Shown here: positions 35,201 through 48,215 of the stretch, one piece after another
How positions within the stretch are numbered: the stretch's first letter is position 1
How the letters are laid out: each line of letters begins with the position of its first letter
The notes under the pieces: model-generated
Seen by the model: the letters and a program-made list of their open reading frames with translations, nothing else
Database searches by the model: none
What the model was told of the DNA's origin: nothing
Translations under genes and position numbers: made by a program
From: Lingula anatina
Taxonomy: Eukaryota; Animalia; Brachiopoda
Direction of reading: 5' to 3'
Assembly: GCA_051362555.1 (NCBI GenBank)
Contig: CM120648.1
Location: 3,654,587-3,718,586, forward strand
Length of the DNA stretch: 64,000 bases

Positions 35201-37694
35201 AGAGCCGCATTTTGCAACCGACCGCATTTTGCAACCGGTTGCAAAATGCGTTCAGTTGCAAAATGCGGTCCTACTAAGTAGAGCCGCATTTTGCAACTGA
35301 ACGCATTTTGCAACTGCAACGCATTTTGCAACCAAAGAAAATCGTGAAAACGCATTTTGCAACTGCAACGCATTTTGCAACCAGGATTTTTTTCTAAGTC
35401 CCTGAAACAGCTTGAAGTACGAGACAGGTAGAATTGGAGTGGGGACGGGTTTGCTTCAACTATGTAAGCTGAAACTGGCCAGGCTGCCCCTGGGGTGGAC
35501 GAAAATATAAAACTAATTGCACATTGTAATTTCCTAAACCATTAGAGTTAGGAACTCTAAACGTCAATAAACATTTTGTAAGGCATGTGCATGGGACTTC
35601 GGATTTTTTGTTTTTGTTTTTTTTTTTAAATTGGGGGTGTGGCCGTCCCTAGGGGTGGTTGATTGTACTTTTTACTTCGTATTTTTCTCCTATCTACCCT
35701 TATATCTTCAGAATTGGGAAATAGAAACGTTGGGGATTAATACACTATCGTAAGAAATGTGCATGGGCACTTCGGAAATTTATTGTGACATGGGTGTGGT
35801 TGTCCCTGGGGATGGTTGAGTCTAATTTTACAACGTATTTTCTGCTATCTGCCCATTGTATCGGCCATTTGAGTTAAAGCAAGAAACGTAGCTACAGCAT
35901 AATTTGGGACGTTGAATGGCATTTAATTTTTTTGACTGAGGGTGTGGTCCTGGGGGTGGTTGAATACAATTAGACGTTGTATTTTCTGCTATCTACCTTT
36001 AGACCATATAATTCAGGAACGGAAGGCTATGGGAATTGAAAACATGTCTTTAGGGATATGGATCCTTCTGGGGTATTGATGGGTGTGGCCGTCCCTGGGG
36101 GTGTTTGATTCTATTTTTTGCACCGTTACTTCTACTATCTACCCTTAGAGTTAGGAACATGATTGATAATGAATGTACATGGGTCTTTGAGGAATGTAGA
36201 GAACAGCAGCGGCGCACATAGCACTAAACGGACTTACAGTCGTAGGCATGAATATAGGTCAAGGAATCCAGTTAAAGCTGTCCTTTCGACCCATGCCAAC
36301 CATAAGGCCCTACACACTCAGAAACCCTGGCGTTCAATTAGCCGTTGTGTCTTAATACAAAACAAATATGTTAATTAATCATAAATAGTAATTAGCATGT
36401 GTGTTGCTCTACAGAGGCTATGCCTGAAAGTATGGGGTCTTGCATGGGTTTTTAATTAACTTGACCTATATTCAAGCATACCGCTGAAGGTCTGTTATTA
36501 AGTGCCGTCTGCTGCGTTCTTTGCATTCCCCTTCTTCTTAACTCGAAGGCAGCTTTCAGATTCATACATCCTACTAGCTGGGTCGGTCCAACTCTGCAGG
36601 GGATCTCACTTAAGTGGAATCAGTGGAATCAGCTTAATTGTCTGACATACCACCAATCACCCCATCCCCTGAGGGACAATCACACCCAAAGTCACACTAA
36701 AATTCCCCTGTACCCATGCACCAAAGACTCCTGCTCCTAACTCGAATGGTCGAGAAGGAGATGAAAGAAATTACGGTGAAAATATTACAGTCAAGTAACT
36801 ATCCCCAGGGACGGCCACTCCACAAGTGACCAAAAAGTCCGATGTGCCCAAGCACATCTCTAACGATCTCAACCACCCCCAGGGACAACTACACCCCAAG
36901 TCACAAAAAATCTGGAGTGCCTACGCACATTTCTTACGATGGTATTAATCCCCAACGCTTTTATTTCCTAATTCTAAAGATATAAGGGTAGATAACAGAA
37001 AATACAATGTAAAATTACAATCAACCACCCCTAGGGACGGCCACACCCCTATGTGCATGCCTAACAATATCTTTATTATTCCCTGACGTTTCAACCTCCT
37101 AACTCTAATGGTTTAGGAAATTACAATGTGAAATAAGTTTTATATTATCGTCCTCCCCAGGGGCAGCCTGGCCAGTTTCAGCATACATAGTCGAAGCAAA
37201 CCGTCCCCACTCCAATTATACCGTAGCCTACCTGTCTCGTACTTCAAGCTGTTTCAGGGACTTAGAAAAAAATCCTGGTTGCAAAATGCGTTGCAGTTGC
37301 AAAATGCGTTTTCACGATTTTCTTTGGTTGCAAAATGCGTTGCAGTTGCAAAATGCGTTCAGTTGCAAAATGCGGATCTACTAAGTAGGACCGCATTTTG
37401 CAACTGAACGCATTTTGCAACCGGTTGCAAAATGCGGTCGGTTGCAAAATGCGGCTCTACACTGGTTCGCGCTGCCAGTAATTACGCCGCGGAATATTCA
37501 GGGCACAGACCATGATCATAAGATACCGCGAATAGAAAATAGATTTTTAGAAAATAGACTTTCCATGTGAACGAAGCCTAAAAGTGCCCCAAGACCCCTG
37601 GTAAAGGGAACTGAAGCCTTTGATACATGTACCCTCTTACACGATTCATGACTTTCGGACCCGCATGTGTTCTTGGGGGCGATTAGTTTCATCG

Positions 37695-37734
<40 letters not shown>

Positions 37735-40700
37735 TCTGTTTGTTTACTGTAAAGGACATGAATACCAAGTGGTTTCTTAAGGGACTTCACTTGTTTCTTA
37801 ACCAATGAGACGTCTTTCTTTACTTTATTTTTAGTATACAAAAGACAGTTAAAGAAACTATTTCGACTAATGTAAAGTATGTTCATTTATTCAAAGGTTG
37901 GGGACCAGCTTTTAATCGACAACTGCAAGACAGAAATAACCTGCAATCTGGTCAACGGGAAGGCTTCTCTCTCCAAGAAAGCCGTGTCTTGCTCACCACC
38001 GCCATCTGCCGAGTGTAAGACCGCCAATGGGACCAGACAGTGTGTGTGCTTGCCAGGTTATACCGGCGATGGATACAGCTGTTTACGTAAGCATCTTAAT
38101 GTTTTTTTTTTTTTGTTTTTTTTTGCTTTAATAGCTGGCTTGCTCGTAATTTGCTGTCTAGGTCAGTTCTATATGTAAAGCGGCCCAAACTGGCATATAC
38201 CTGGGCTAGATCAAAAATGAAAGGCAGCAGTTACTTGCACTGAATCAGTCATGATACATTTAGGCCCTATATTCCAAGCCAATGCTGTATACATGCAGAA
38301 ATATATATAATATGAGCATAGGCCCCCTGTTGTATAGCTTTTAATTGTTCTTGTATAGCTTTATTTTAATTAATAGAAACGTCACCAATTTATTTAATTG
38401 TACTTTTTCCTGTTCCGATACAATAATTTTCGTTTTGTTCCGTCCAATGTCAATGTTACGTTGTCCGTAGATGTGGTGTAAACTTTTTCAAGTTCAATTG
38501 TCGCTCTTATTACTATTCTAGCCAAGAAAACTGACCCGTGCAAGTCGTATCCATGTCAGAACAACGGGACTTGTCGTCCCATGGGCGGGCCCGACTTTGC
38601 GTGTATTTGTGCTCCGGGTTAGTTGACATTTTTATTCATCCCACGTGATGTCTCAACTAACACAGTTTTAACATTTGACGCGCAGTCACACCTAACACAA
38701 TATCAAACACAATGCGCTTTCACATCTAATACAATGTTAAATACAATGCGCTATCTTACCTAACACAATGTCAAATACAATTTTCTGTCATATATACAAC
38801 TAACACAGTGTCACCCTAAGCACGATCGCTTTATATGACATTCGCTTATATAGTTTAATGTATTTTATTATAGACCTTCTTTAATGATGATCTGTAACAA
38901 ATTGCGTAACATCACACTTAAAGGGATAATAACTCTTCTTACGAGGTCTATATTTCACAATAAAAACATTGTGAATAACTCACAGAAATATAATATATTC
39001 TGTTCTACGACAAAAAACAGCAGTTATAGCTATTATTCTGATATCTGAGCGTCTTTAGACCACATGACCTCCATTGATGGCTATACTCTGTTATGATCTC
39101 TTAAGAGATTTAAACAAAAAATCCAAACTTTTTAGAAAAAAACCAGGGACTAACTTTGAATGTAAAAATGGATTCATTAACCATTGGTAAGAATGGGAAA
39201 ATTGTTGTTTACTCCAGGAAAATTCATTTTTTGGCCTAAACGAAGAGTTATTATCCTTTTAACAGAAGCAGTTTTTCGACAAATGATATGATTAAAGATA
39301 TATGTGGTATTTTTTATGATTGTATGACTGTTTTTTATATATTCGTTTGTTTCTTCATTTATTAATTTTTTGGTTTGTTATCAGGATACTCTGGCAAGTT
39401 CTGCCACAAGCGAAATCCGTGTCCCACCAATCCCTGTAAAAATGGCGGAATTTGCAAAGAGGACGCCACCAAATCCAAGTAAGAACTTATATTAGTTATA
39501 AACAGTATAACCAGTTCGAATTCGACGAAAGTGCAAAGTTTGTTTTTTTTTTTTTTTTGAAAAAATTTTTTTGAAAATTTTTTTAGACTGAGTTATGCAT
39601 TTGAAAACCAAAACGGCATTTGAACATTAGCAGGTGAAGCAGAATTTAGAAAAAAATATTCGAAAAATATTAAAAGATGCTTAGCCAAAATATGAATTTT
39701 GTCGATTAATAGTTACGTCATTCTGTATTAGCCGCTTTACAAAATCTTTCAGATGAATTCAAATTTGAAAAAATCTACAACTCTCTGTCTTTGAACATTT
39801 TTATCTTATTTTTATAGTCTAGCGATTATGTGATCATGGTTTCATATGGTTTTCATTGAAATTCCAGGGGATTTTCTTGTGAGTGTAAGCCTCACGAACC
39901 CTGGACCGGGGAACTCTGTGACGTAGACAAGTGCGTCAGCATGGGCTTCACCTGCAAAAATGGAGGCTCGTGCATGTGGAACGGCGGCAATGGATTTATT
40001 TGTAAATGTGGGCCAGGTATGTAGTTCTGAATACAACATATAAGAAATCTGATGTTTTTGTGATATATTGATTAAATTCATATGCGACGTCATTTTAAAT
40101 GCTATTTTCCATTCAGAAAAGGCCCATAGTGGCTGATAGACTAATTCTGTTTGTCTTGTATGTGCCTTGTAATGTCATTTGCAGTGTTCTGAGAAAACAC
40201 AGAGAAGTTAGGCATTCACATATTACATCAGTGAATAGGCTTGCTATCGGCAGAGTTGAACTATTTGGAACAGCTAAAACTCGTGCAATTAAATATGGAC
40301 ATGTAAAACTTGAAACCTCCATATCTGTAGATTCGAGCGTGAAATTAACGATTTTCAATAGTGACGCATTTTACAATTAAGAAATAATTAAATTTAACCA
40401 TTCCTGTAGAGATGGGCGGTATTGGGGAGTATAATTGTAGTAGCTGAGATCCAACAGAATATGTACGACAACTGAAAAAAAGCTTGGTTAATGGACTTAA
40501 ACGATTTGAATTCATATTTTGTATTTGAAGTTATGTAATTTAGGAATTCAACTAACAATATAAATAGCCTTCAATCAAAGTTGGAATGTTATTCAACCTT
40601 AAATGTTTTGATCCTTAAACATTCCATATAAAAGGCATCATAGAGCGATGTGGAAGATGGGTGTTATTTGAAAATTCACTCTCTTTGAAAAGTTTCTGGT

Positions 40701-41041
40701 CATACGTTTTATTATAATTATTATTATAGTTTGAAAGTTTGATTTCGTTAGTCACTGTTTTTGTTCTTGTTTTATTTATTTATTTATTCATTCATTTATT
40801 GTAGCATTGCAGCCCATTCAAATAAAACACTTATGCACAGGGTCGTCATTGTGTAATACTGTACGTAACATCATAAACCTCCCCGTGTTCTTCAGGGTAC
40901 CAAGGCAGGGACTGCGGCGTGGACATTAACGAGTGTGATAGCTGGCCTTGTTGGAACGGCGTCTGCGTCGACCTGGTCAACGGATACAAGTGCAACTGCG
41001 ACCCTGGGTACACCGGCGTGAACTGTGACCAAGGTCCTTAG
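29288..41041 (+). CDS. Chimeric paralog: signal peptide - C8 - Thr/Pro linker - VWA - TIL - EGF repeats (about 633 aa)
   Basis: Exons 29288-29354 (MGRLWRLAVLGLAFVML), 29619-29757, 30182-30423 (C8: VCG...C...C...AC.ILE..A.EC...WR.ETGC), 32738-33027, 33381-33506, 34291-34444 (VWA DESRS), 34564-34772 (TIL), 37897-38086, 38522-38617, 39385-39478, 39868-40016, 40896-41041 (EGF, stop TAG). Total 1902 nt, all phases compatible. Confidence 0.82.
30920..31180. mobile_element. Fragment of a CACTA/EnSpm-like non-autonomous element
   Basis: Dense GCAGTAG/CTACTGC subrepeats ending in TTTTCTTGCGGG. The partner end was not found. Confidence 0.35.
31450..31919 (-). mobile_element. One end of a Harbinger-like element
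   Basis: Ends GTGTGAACGGGGTA followed by TAA, with an internal GTGTGAAC repeat. The other end is not visible. Confidence 0.4.
32180..32404. mobile_element. Helentron-associated (HINE) element
   Basis: ACCTCCGCCAAGG subterminal repeat, GACAGACAAAC microsatellite, terminal hairpin ACCTCCTTGGCGGAGGT. Absent at the paralogous site (about 4072). Confidence 0.75.
33497..34090. repeat. Degenerate intronic tandem duplication including a copy of a splice donor
   Basis: GG.ATAGAGGTGCGTTT.AATTGCAAAGGCG...CTTCAACAGGAAACCAAGATAA repeated at about 33497 and 33781. Confidence 0.7.
35198..37461. mobile_element. Foldback non-autonomous element, TGT...ACA termini with 4-bp TSD (Ginger-like)
   Basis: TGTAGAGCCGCATTTTGCAACC... 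/ ...GGTTGCAAAATGCGGCTCTACA, flanked by CTGG at 35194-35197 and 37462-37465. Arms hundreds of bp long with GCATTTTGCAA subrepeats and internal GGGTGTGGCCGTCCCT.GGGG units. No ORF. Confidence 0.8.
38922..39258. mobile_element. Kolobok-like MITE, second copy
   Basis: Reverse complement of 3478-3813. TTAA at 38918-38921 and 39259-39262. The paralogous intron has the empty site CACACTTAAC (about 14366-14375). Confidence 0.85.
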
Positions 41042-41271
41042 GGACCAGACCCTAACGTACTAGCCATGGAACGATCTAACTCCTAAGGGATTCTACCTAA
41101 ATTGCAATCAACTTAAGCGGCTTAGATGTCTGTCACGCCTACTGAAGCTGCTAGAGGGTAATTAATTAGCGTTTAGCAGCCTCAGTAGGCGTGCCAGACA
41201 ACTAAGCCGCTTAAGCTGAAAGCAATTTAACGAGAAACCTCTCGGAGATGGATCAAACTTGGAACCTAGTC
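41041..41271. mobile_element. Palindromic MITE inserted at the stop codon of gene 2
   Basis: Absent after the gene 1 stop (CCTTAAGAGTTT). Flanked by a short TTA/CTTAG repeat. Same family as 28855-29110. Confidence 0.75.
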
Positions 41272-43168
41272 TTAGAGTTTAAGTAGTGGCTTTAAGACGC
41301 AACATTGAAATGATTCGTTATTTGCTCTCCCTTCGAGAATCGATCTGTAGTATAGGGTAGATGATTCGTGATGTGCTTTTTAAAAATCGTTATATTTTTC
41401 CGCTACGTGTTGAAATTGATCTGCAGCAAAAAAAAAAAAGATTTTATAGTGGAACAAATTTGGCTTTTTCTTTTAATTTTTTTGTTCATTTTCTACGTCT
41501 TACTTGAAAATCCAATTCCGTAACGAACCAAATGATGTACACTGACCTTTTTCGCCATTTGCTTCACTGGATTTAGAATTAAGTTCTTATTTCAACAATT
41601 AGAATCAAAACTGCGTTTCATGATTTAGAATGAAACTAATATGGAATTTATCTAGAAAATTACACCGGGAAATGCCATTTGTTCGATTGTTTATACATCT
41701 TTCACAAAAAATACTGTTTTCAATATATTTGTTTTACATGGTTACACCAAATGCTAATGTTTTTAATGAAGTAGCTCGTAAACATATTGTACTCAAGCAA
41801 TACGCTTCAATTTTGCAATGAACTATCAATAAACCAGTGCCCACGGAAACACTTCTTATTGGTGTTAATTTCATTTTTATTTCTGTTCGAACTCCAGTGA
41901 CCTCTCTCTCTCTCTCTCTCTCTCACCCCCCCCCCACACACACACACACAGATGCACCAGGCCGTAGCCAGCAATTGCAACAGGTAAAGGGGGGTTTCAA
42001 AAAATGTGCCCCCCTTTTTTCATGAAACCTTAGTTTACCCAGAGTAGACCTTTGACCAGCGAAAAAGGGGGATTTTTTCAAACCCCTAGACCCCCCCCCC
42101 TCCCGGCCACGAGCCTGTGCGCACACGTGTACAAACGCCGGGGCCCTCTATTACACCTCTTTTAGCACCACTAAGCACCTCGCTAACACAAGTATTGAAT
42201 ACCGACCAAACACAAACATTACGCCGTCGTTCACAAATATTGATTATTGTGATTCCTAATTTATCCAACCATTGTGTCACCCGCCTTAAGTAGACTTTTA
42301 ACAGCACAACCGTGACATAAACTCCGGACAATACATACGTCTATTGTACAACATTGATAAGCGTGGCCCGAAATGTGGACAATCGATTCCATTTTATACC
42401 GTAAAGGCAATTTTTTTACTGAACTGGGGGCGTGAAAACCGCACAATACATGACCGTGTTTTCAGTGCATTTCTTTGCGGCCCGAACCATGGATCTTTAC
42501 TCATGTTGATGAATGGACCAACAGCCCATTGACCTCGCTGAGTCTTTTTCTACTTGGAAAAGATGGGCCAATTCAATTAACCTGATCGCCGTCTTAATAA
42601 TAACCATAGAAGATTGCAACCAAACTGGCGGATACACAGCATGTTATCCTGGTGATACACCTCCGATTGGTCCTGTTTAGAAAGGCTTGCCATACACGGT
42701 TTTATATACATTATGCTAATGCTTTTGCAGTGAATTCCGTTATGCGGCCAACAAATCAATGGAATGCTGAACTATCAATACTTGCGACAGGTAAGTGAAC
42801 CGATCGATCGAGTCTGAGGATTTACCTGAGCGGAGGAATGTGAACGATTAATCACTTCCTGAACAAGTTAGCGTTGTGGGCGTGCCCAGTCGGTATCAAA
42901 TTTACCGTACATTGTAACAGTCAGTTAAGTCCGGTGTCACGAAGGGAGTATGTAATTCTCACCCCTGCTTGAAATTACGGCTAATTAGGGCCTTGACTAT
43001 TAAGTTCATTAAGGAACCTTTACAGGGGCAGTTTCATGGTGGGAGAGAGGTGAGTACACGTTTGTTTTTACAGTGTGTCGTATGTCCCTTGGTCAATACA
43101 ATGTATGTCTTTATTTATATATAAATGCCCGACAGAGAGAGAGAGAGGGGGGGGGAGATAGGTAAGAG

Positions 43169-43211
<43 letters not shown>

Positions 43212-43926
43212 AGAGAGAGATTCACACGGTAATGTAACAAATGAATATTCCGTCGTAACTGCCGGAGAGCTGAAGGCGTATTCGCCTCACACTCAGTTTA
43301 TGAGATTGTATCAAAATAAACGACAGCACTATCGCTGTGAGTTAAAAGATTCAACGCTTAGAAGCTACATTCATATAAAAGACGCCAACAGCATTGCTAA
43401 AGGGATCTGAGACTCAAAACATATCACTGTTCACAGGATTAGATATTGTTTTATCTGGGTATTAGCACCCAGTTTAACAGAATAACTTGACATAAATACT
43501 GCAAGTGGTATTAGTTAGTTTATTTAAGGGGTTGTATTCAAAATAAACTCTCTGTTTTTTAAGGGGCTGTTTTTTCATTGGCAAGAATTGTTTTAATAAA
43601 TATAATTTTAGATCTGTGCTACACACCTTTTTTTCCAAACCATCTCATGTGCCGTCGTGTCATAACAGGAGTCGTTATCCAGCTTTCTCTGTAACTCAGG
43701 GTGTCTGGACCCAACCTGCCCAGACTGAGACTGCCTCTGTGGTGACGTGCTTCAGACCGATTTCCGTTCCAAAATAGCCCTCGTGTGAACGCGGCTTCAG
43801 TCACCTCAGATAAAATTTATATTGTTCTGGGTGGCTGCACGTCAACGGGTTGATAGCTGCAACAGTTGTTTGATCAGGCATTTGTCACACAACTTGCCAC
43901 AGTTTTGATTGAAAGGTTATATGGGT

Positions 43927-43961
<35 letters not shown>

Positions 43962-44682
43962 TTCGGTAAAGGTACATCATTTACAGGACTATGCCTTTAC
44001 AATATACAAATACTAGTATTCTATAACTGAAGTACTGAAACTAACAAATTATAAAATATGTAAGCACAAAGGTTGGTGCAACGAATACTCACAAAAAAAA
44101 TATTGTGGTGTTGTCCTTTAAAAGGCCTTTGATATTTTAAGGATCCATGCAGGTGTCTAATGCTGTCCTCTGGCGTTTTTTAAAAAGTCATTTTAATCAA
44201 TTATATGACATTGAATTAGTCCAATGGATTAAATTACTGTGTGTCATCGCATACCAGCTGTCATAAAACTCCCTGCCATTTCAAACAGATCGAGTTAACT
44301 AATTCAATGGCATGCCAGCATTCTACTTCGTTGTATAATTAATCACTGATTAGTTAATAGCGCACAAACAAGCTGGTGCAATAAGCTTAATTGGTCATCC
44401 ACAAACTAGACTCTGAATGTCACTCTCACACACACCTTTTTCTAGTGGTCCTGCATAAGGACATAAAATAAGCGTTAAATCTTGGTATAGCAAATAAATT
44501 TCCCCTTGATTGCCAAGGTACGCCCTATCCAAATCCGTTGAGATTACAGCATGTACCCGTTTTTGAGGTACAATATTTACCGTCTGTTCAAGTGCACCAC
44601 ACTTTCTAAGCATATTTCGTCATTATTTTATGTTACAGGTCTTTCACGCGGACACCCGAAGTTATTTCGGACTTAATAATCA

Positions 44683-45324
44683 CATTCCGGAAATGAGCAA
44701 AAGATGACCGGAGGCGGGTCATGTCCTGCAGCCACTAAAACGAGACCCTGCGGCGTCCACCTTGTAACTATGAATGTACAGGTGAGATAGCATCAGTAGA
44801 AAGTTGACAGGAAAACAGCGATCGGGTGATAAAGGTGACAATATACACAGTCGCGTTGACGCGTGGAGCTGGAATCTATATTAAAAGCACATCTGACAGG
44901 TAGATCAAACTCCCACCCCTGCTTGTGGTGACCACTGCCCAATGTCCGTCATACGCGTCCACTTAAAACAGGTACTCATTCAGGTGTGATTTGTGCGGGT
45001 TTCCATTCCGGAAATGAGCAAAAGATGACCGGAGGCGGGTCATGTCCTGCAGCCACTAAAACGAGACCCTGCGGCGTCCACCTTGTAACTATGAATGTAC
45101 AGGTGAGATAGCATCAGTAGAAAGTTGACAGGAAAACAGCGATCGGGTGATAAAGGTGACAATATACACAGTCGCGTTGACGCGTGGAGCTGGAATCTAT
45201 ATTAAAAGCACATCTGACAGGTAGATCAAACTCCCACCCCTGCTTGTGGTGACCACTGCCCAATGTCCGTCATACGCGTCCACTTAAAACAGGTACTCAT
45301 TCAGGTGTGATTTGTGCGGGTTTC
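44683..45324. repeat. Apparently exact 321-bp tandem duplication upstream of the NHL gene
   Basis: CATTCCGGAAATGAGC...TTGTGCGGGTTTC at 44683-45003 and 45004-45324. Confidence 0.92.
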
Positions 45325-45952
45325 TGTGTCATACGTGACTCACTTGTTGAGACACTACAGAGAATTGAGAGCTCGCAGGATCAAATAGCAAGGTAACTAG
45401 AATTTACATTGTTTGGATGCTGTAATAAACAGCTTGATTTTAGTGACGTCAGGGAGTCGACAGCACAGCGAGTTAATTGATCTTCTGATTTCCAACTTGT
45501 GCAGTAACACAAGGCTGGATTAGAGGTGCGTTTCTCTGGGGATGAAAGACTGTGAATTTGGAGCATTCGACGTACAACTTATATTGTATTGAAAAGGCAC
45601 AGGCAAAGTCATATTTGTAGGATCCAGTAAAAACATCACAGGCATTCGATAAATGCTTATTTCACAGGATTATACGCCTTGACATAACTGTGACGACAGA
45701 ACCACAATTTACTATATTACGTGATTTGTGTTGCAATGAACGAAGTTTCTGTGGACGTTTGTAATGAAAAGAGGTTTAGAACAATTCTAATTGTGTGCAC
45801 GTGATCAAAGAAGAAATGGACACCGAGTCTCTTTTTTGATTTGAGAGAAATGATATATATCGTCTCAAGTGTTTTTATAGATCTGAGCAAGCACAGTATT
45901 TCTTAGTAATATTAATCAATCTTACCAACACGTGCCGCGTGTCTCTGCCACC

Positions 45953-46810
45953 ATGTGGACAGGATCAAAAAAGATCAAAATTCTTCATAAATTTCACGCC
46001 AGCTGTGACAGCGACATTGCAGAGCCATACATCACCGACTGTGTGGTCAACCCAGAAAATGGCGAACTGGCCGTAGTTGACCAACGCAACAAAGTAGTCA
46101 AGCTGTACGCCCTAAAAACTGGACAGCACGTTGGGTCCTTCGGCCACGACGCGTATCCGAGATTTAAAGCACCATGGTCCATATCAGCCTTTGATGACGG
46201 TCGTTACGCTGTAACTGACGTGCGTACTTCCAGCGTGAAAATATTCTCCCACGATGGACGTTTTGAGCGTAACATCAGCCATGGACGTCTTTCCCATCCC
46301 AGAGGCATCGCCTTCAGTTTACGTGGGTATTTCGCCATCACGGATTCCCCGCCTCTAGCCGAGAAACAGCGCGTGCATATCTTTGACAGAGACGGCGTTC
46401 TCCTACAGACAATTCCAGGCCCTGAAATACGTAATAGCACGTTCCAGCGGCCCCTTCACGTCGCCATAGACGAACGTCACAATACCGTCGCCGTTCTGGA
46501 TGCGCTGGAATCGTGTGTAAAAGCGTACGACCTCAACGGGAGACCAATATTTCAATATGGCAGTTACGGGAGTGATGAGCAACAATTAGCCAGCCCCGCT
46601 GGGATTTGTTCTGATAAAAGCGGAAACTTTTTTGTCGCCGATTTTGCAAATCATCGGGTCCATGTTGTGCGAGCTGGAATACACATTGACTATGCTGCGG
46701 GAAAGGCGGACGGGGTGAGATATCCCGCGGCGGTGACGACGTCACGTGATTATAATCTCGTGATTTGTGATCAAGGGGGCGTGGTTAGGGTGTTTGAAAT
46801 GCGACGGTGA
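45953..46810 (+). CDS. Stand-alone NHL-repeat beta-propeller protein (TRIM-NHL C-terminus-like), 285 aa
   Basis: Kozak GCCACCATG. NHL blades: FKAPWSI...AVTD, LSHPRGIA, FQRPLHVAID, GSYGS...QLASPAGIC.D..GNFFVADFANHRV, RYPAAV. Single coding exon. Confidence 0.85.
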   Translation: MWTGSKKIKILHKFHASCDSDIAEPYITDCVVNPENGELAVVDQRNKVVKLYALKTGQHVGSFGHDAYPRFKAPWSISAFDDGRYAVTDVRTSSVKIFSHDGRFERNISHGRLSHPRGIAFSLRGYFAITDSPPLAEKQRVHIFDRDGVLLQTIPGPEIRNSTFQRPLHVAIDERHNTVAVLDALESCVKAYDLNGRPIFQYGSYGSDEQQLASPAGICSDKSGNFFVADFANHRVHVVRAGIHIDYAAGKADGVRYPAAVTTSRDYNLVICDQGGVVRVFEMRR

Positions 46811-48215
46811 CGTCGTAGTGCTATACAGTAGGCCTACAAAAATAAATTCCACGGATTCTGTATGGAAATTTACATTTTGATCTAGGTTTGTGGATAATAC
46901 TTGTAGATTTAACAAACCTCTTTCTATCTCATGTTGATAAATTCAGAGAATTTGTACCAGTACGCATTTCATACCGGGTACAGAAGCAACGCTTAATTTC
47001 CGATTCCAATTTCAATTAACTGTAACTCATTGACGTTAAAGACCAAAGCATATGGAAATAACGCGTTTATGGTTATCATTTTGATTTTATCGTATTTTTA
47101 TCAAACACACCAATCCAAAGGTATGTTAAAATTTTTATCTTAGTATTCATGTGTGGTTGGTTAATGTTTCCTGTGAAGTGTTTGATATATGTCTATCTTC
47201 ATCAGAATCATGTACAAATATTGTTAGCACTGATCAATTTTACATGTCATTTTTACATCTTTATTCATTTGTGTAAATAATTGCAATTGCAAAACATTAT
47301 AAACATGACAATTCTGTATAAACATCCATATGAAAATATACCTGAATAGGTTTTCTTTGAATATTTATAAAGCTAAATGCTAATATAAAGCTAAAAGTAA
47401 ATGTTAATCGCAAACATCATCAAAATGCGACAACAAAAAGGAAGCGCTTGGTTTAGAAGATATAACAGTTAGAGGGGAAATTGCGTTTATATCTGTGTTA
47501 AATGTACTTATTAAATTATTGAATTTCTCAACATACATAGGTTTTAGTTGCCTTTAAAAACACTTTTAGACAAAATAAAAATGTGATCCACTGGCATCTG
47601 TTAACATCGATGTCCTTTGGTCAAATGATTTCCCTTGCTGAATGGTATCCTGTAGTAAAATAATAAAAACAAATCAACATGGTAGTTATGAAATGGGCAG
47701 TTAATACCGCAACACTCCTTCCCAATACGGTCCCCTTTACAACATGGCTACACATGCTAAATATTCTAAATAGCTACAAGTGTTATTTACAAAACGGTTC
47801 TTTGCAGTATTTAATAAACAACGTGTGTTTTGAGAAGTGTAATGTTGGCTAAGCCACTTCTCCCACCCCTTTACTCAATATTTTAACCATGCCTGTCTTA
47901 AGCTCACGTACATGTATACTTAAATAAATGATCTACATATCTCGTACTAGGGTAAACCCCAGACAACCGATGTCCAATTATAGTACTAAATGTCTGCCGT
48001 TATCCCCTCTCCCTGTCTGTATTTTTCCCAATTCAACGTTTACCCCCCCCCCCCCCCTCCACCAGTTGCTCTATATTCAATCAACAAGGCAATTGTGTTA
48101 GTTGAGATGCGCCCTTAGCCATAAGCTGTGCGTTCAATGATTTAATGCGTGGTGTCCCTATCGCCAAGAAGGTTCCATAACATACCTTCATTTTGGAACG
48201 ATTTCTCCAAAAAAG

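Noticed and set aside
35198-35385. CRISPR-like array of GCATTTTGCAA repeats
   Set aside because: The units are short with no unique spacers. They are mirrored at 37275-37461 as transposon TIR subrepeats.
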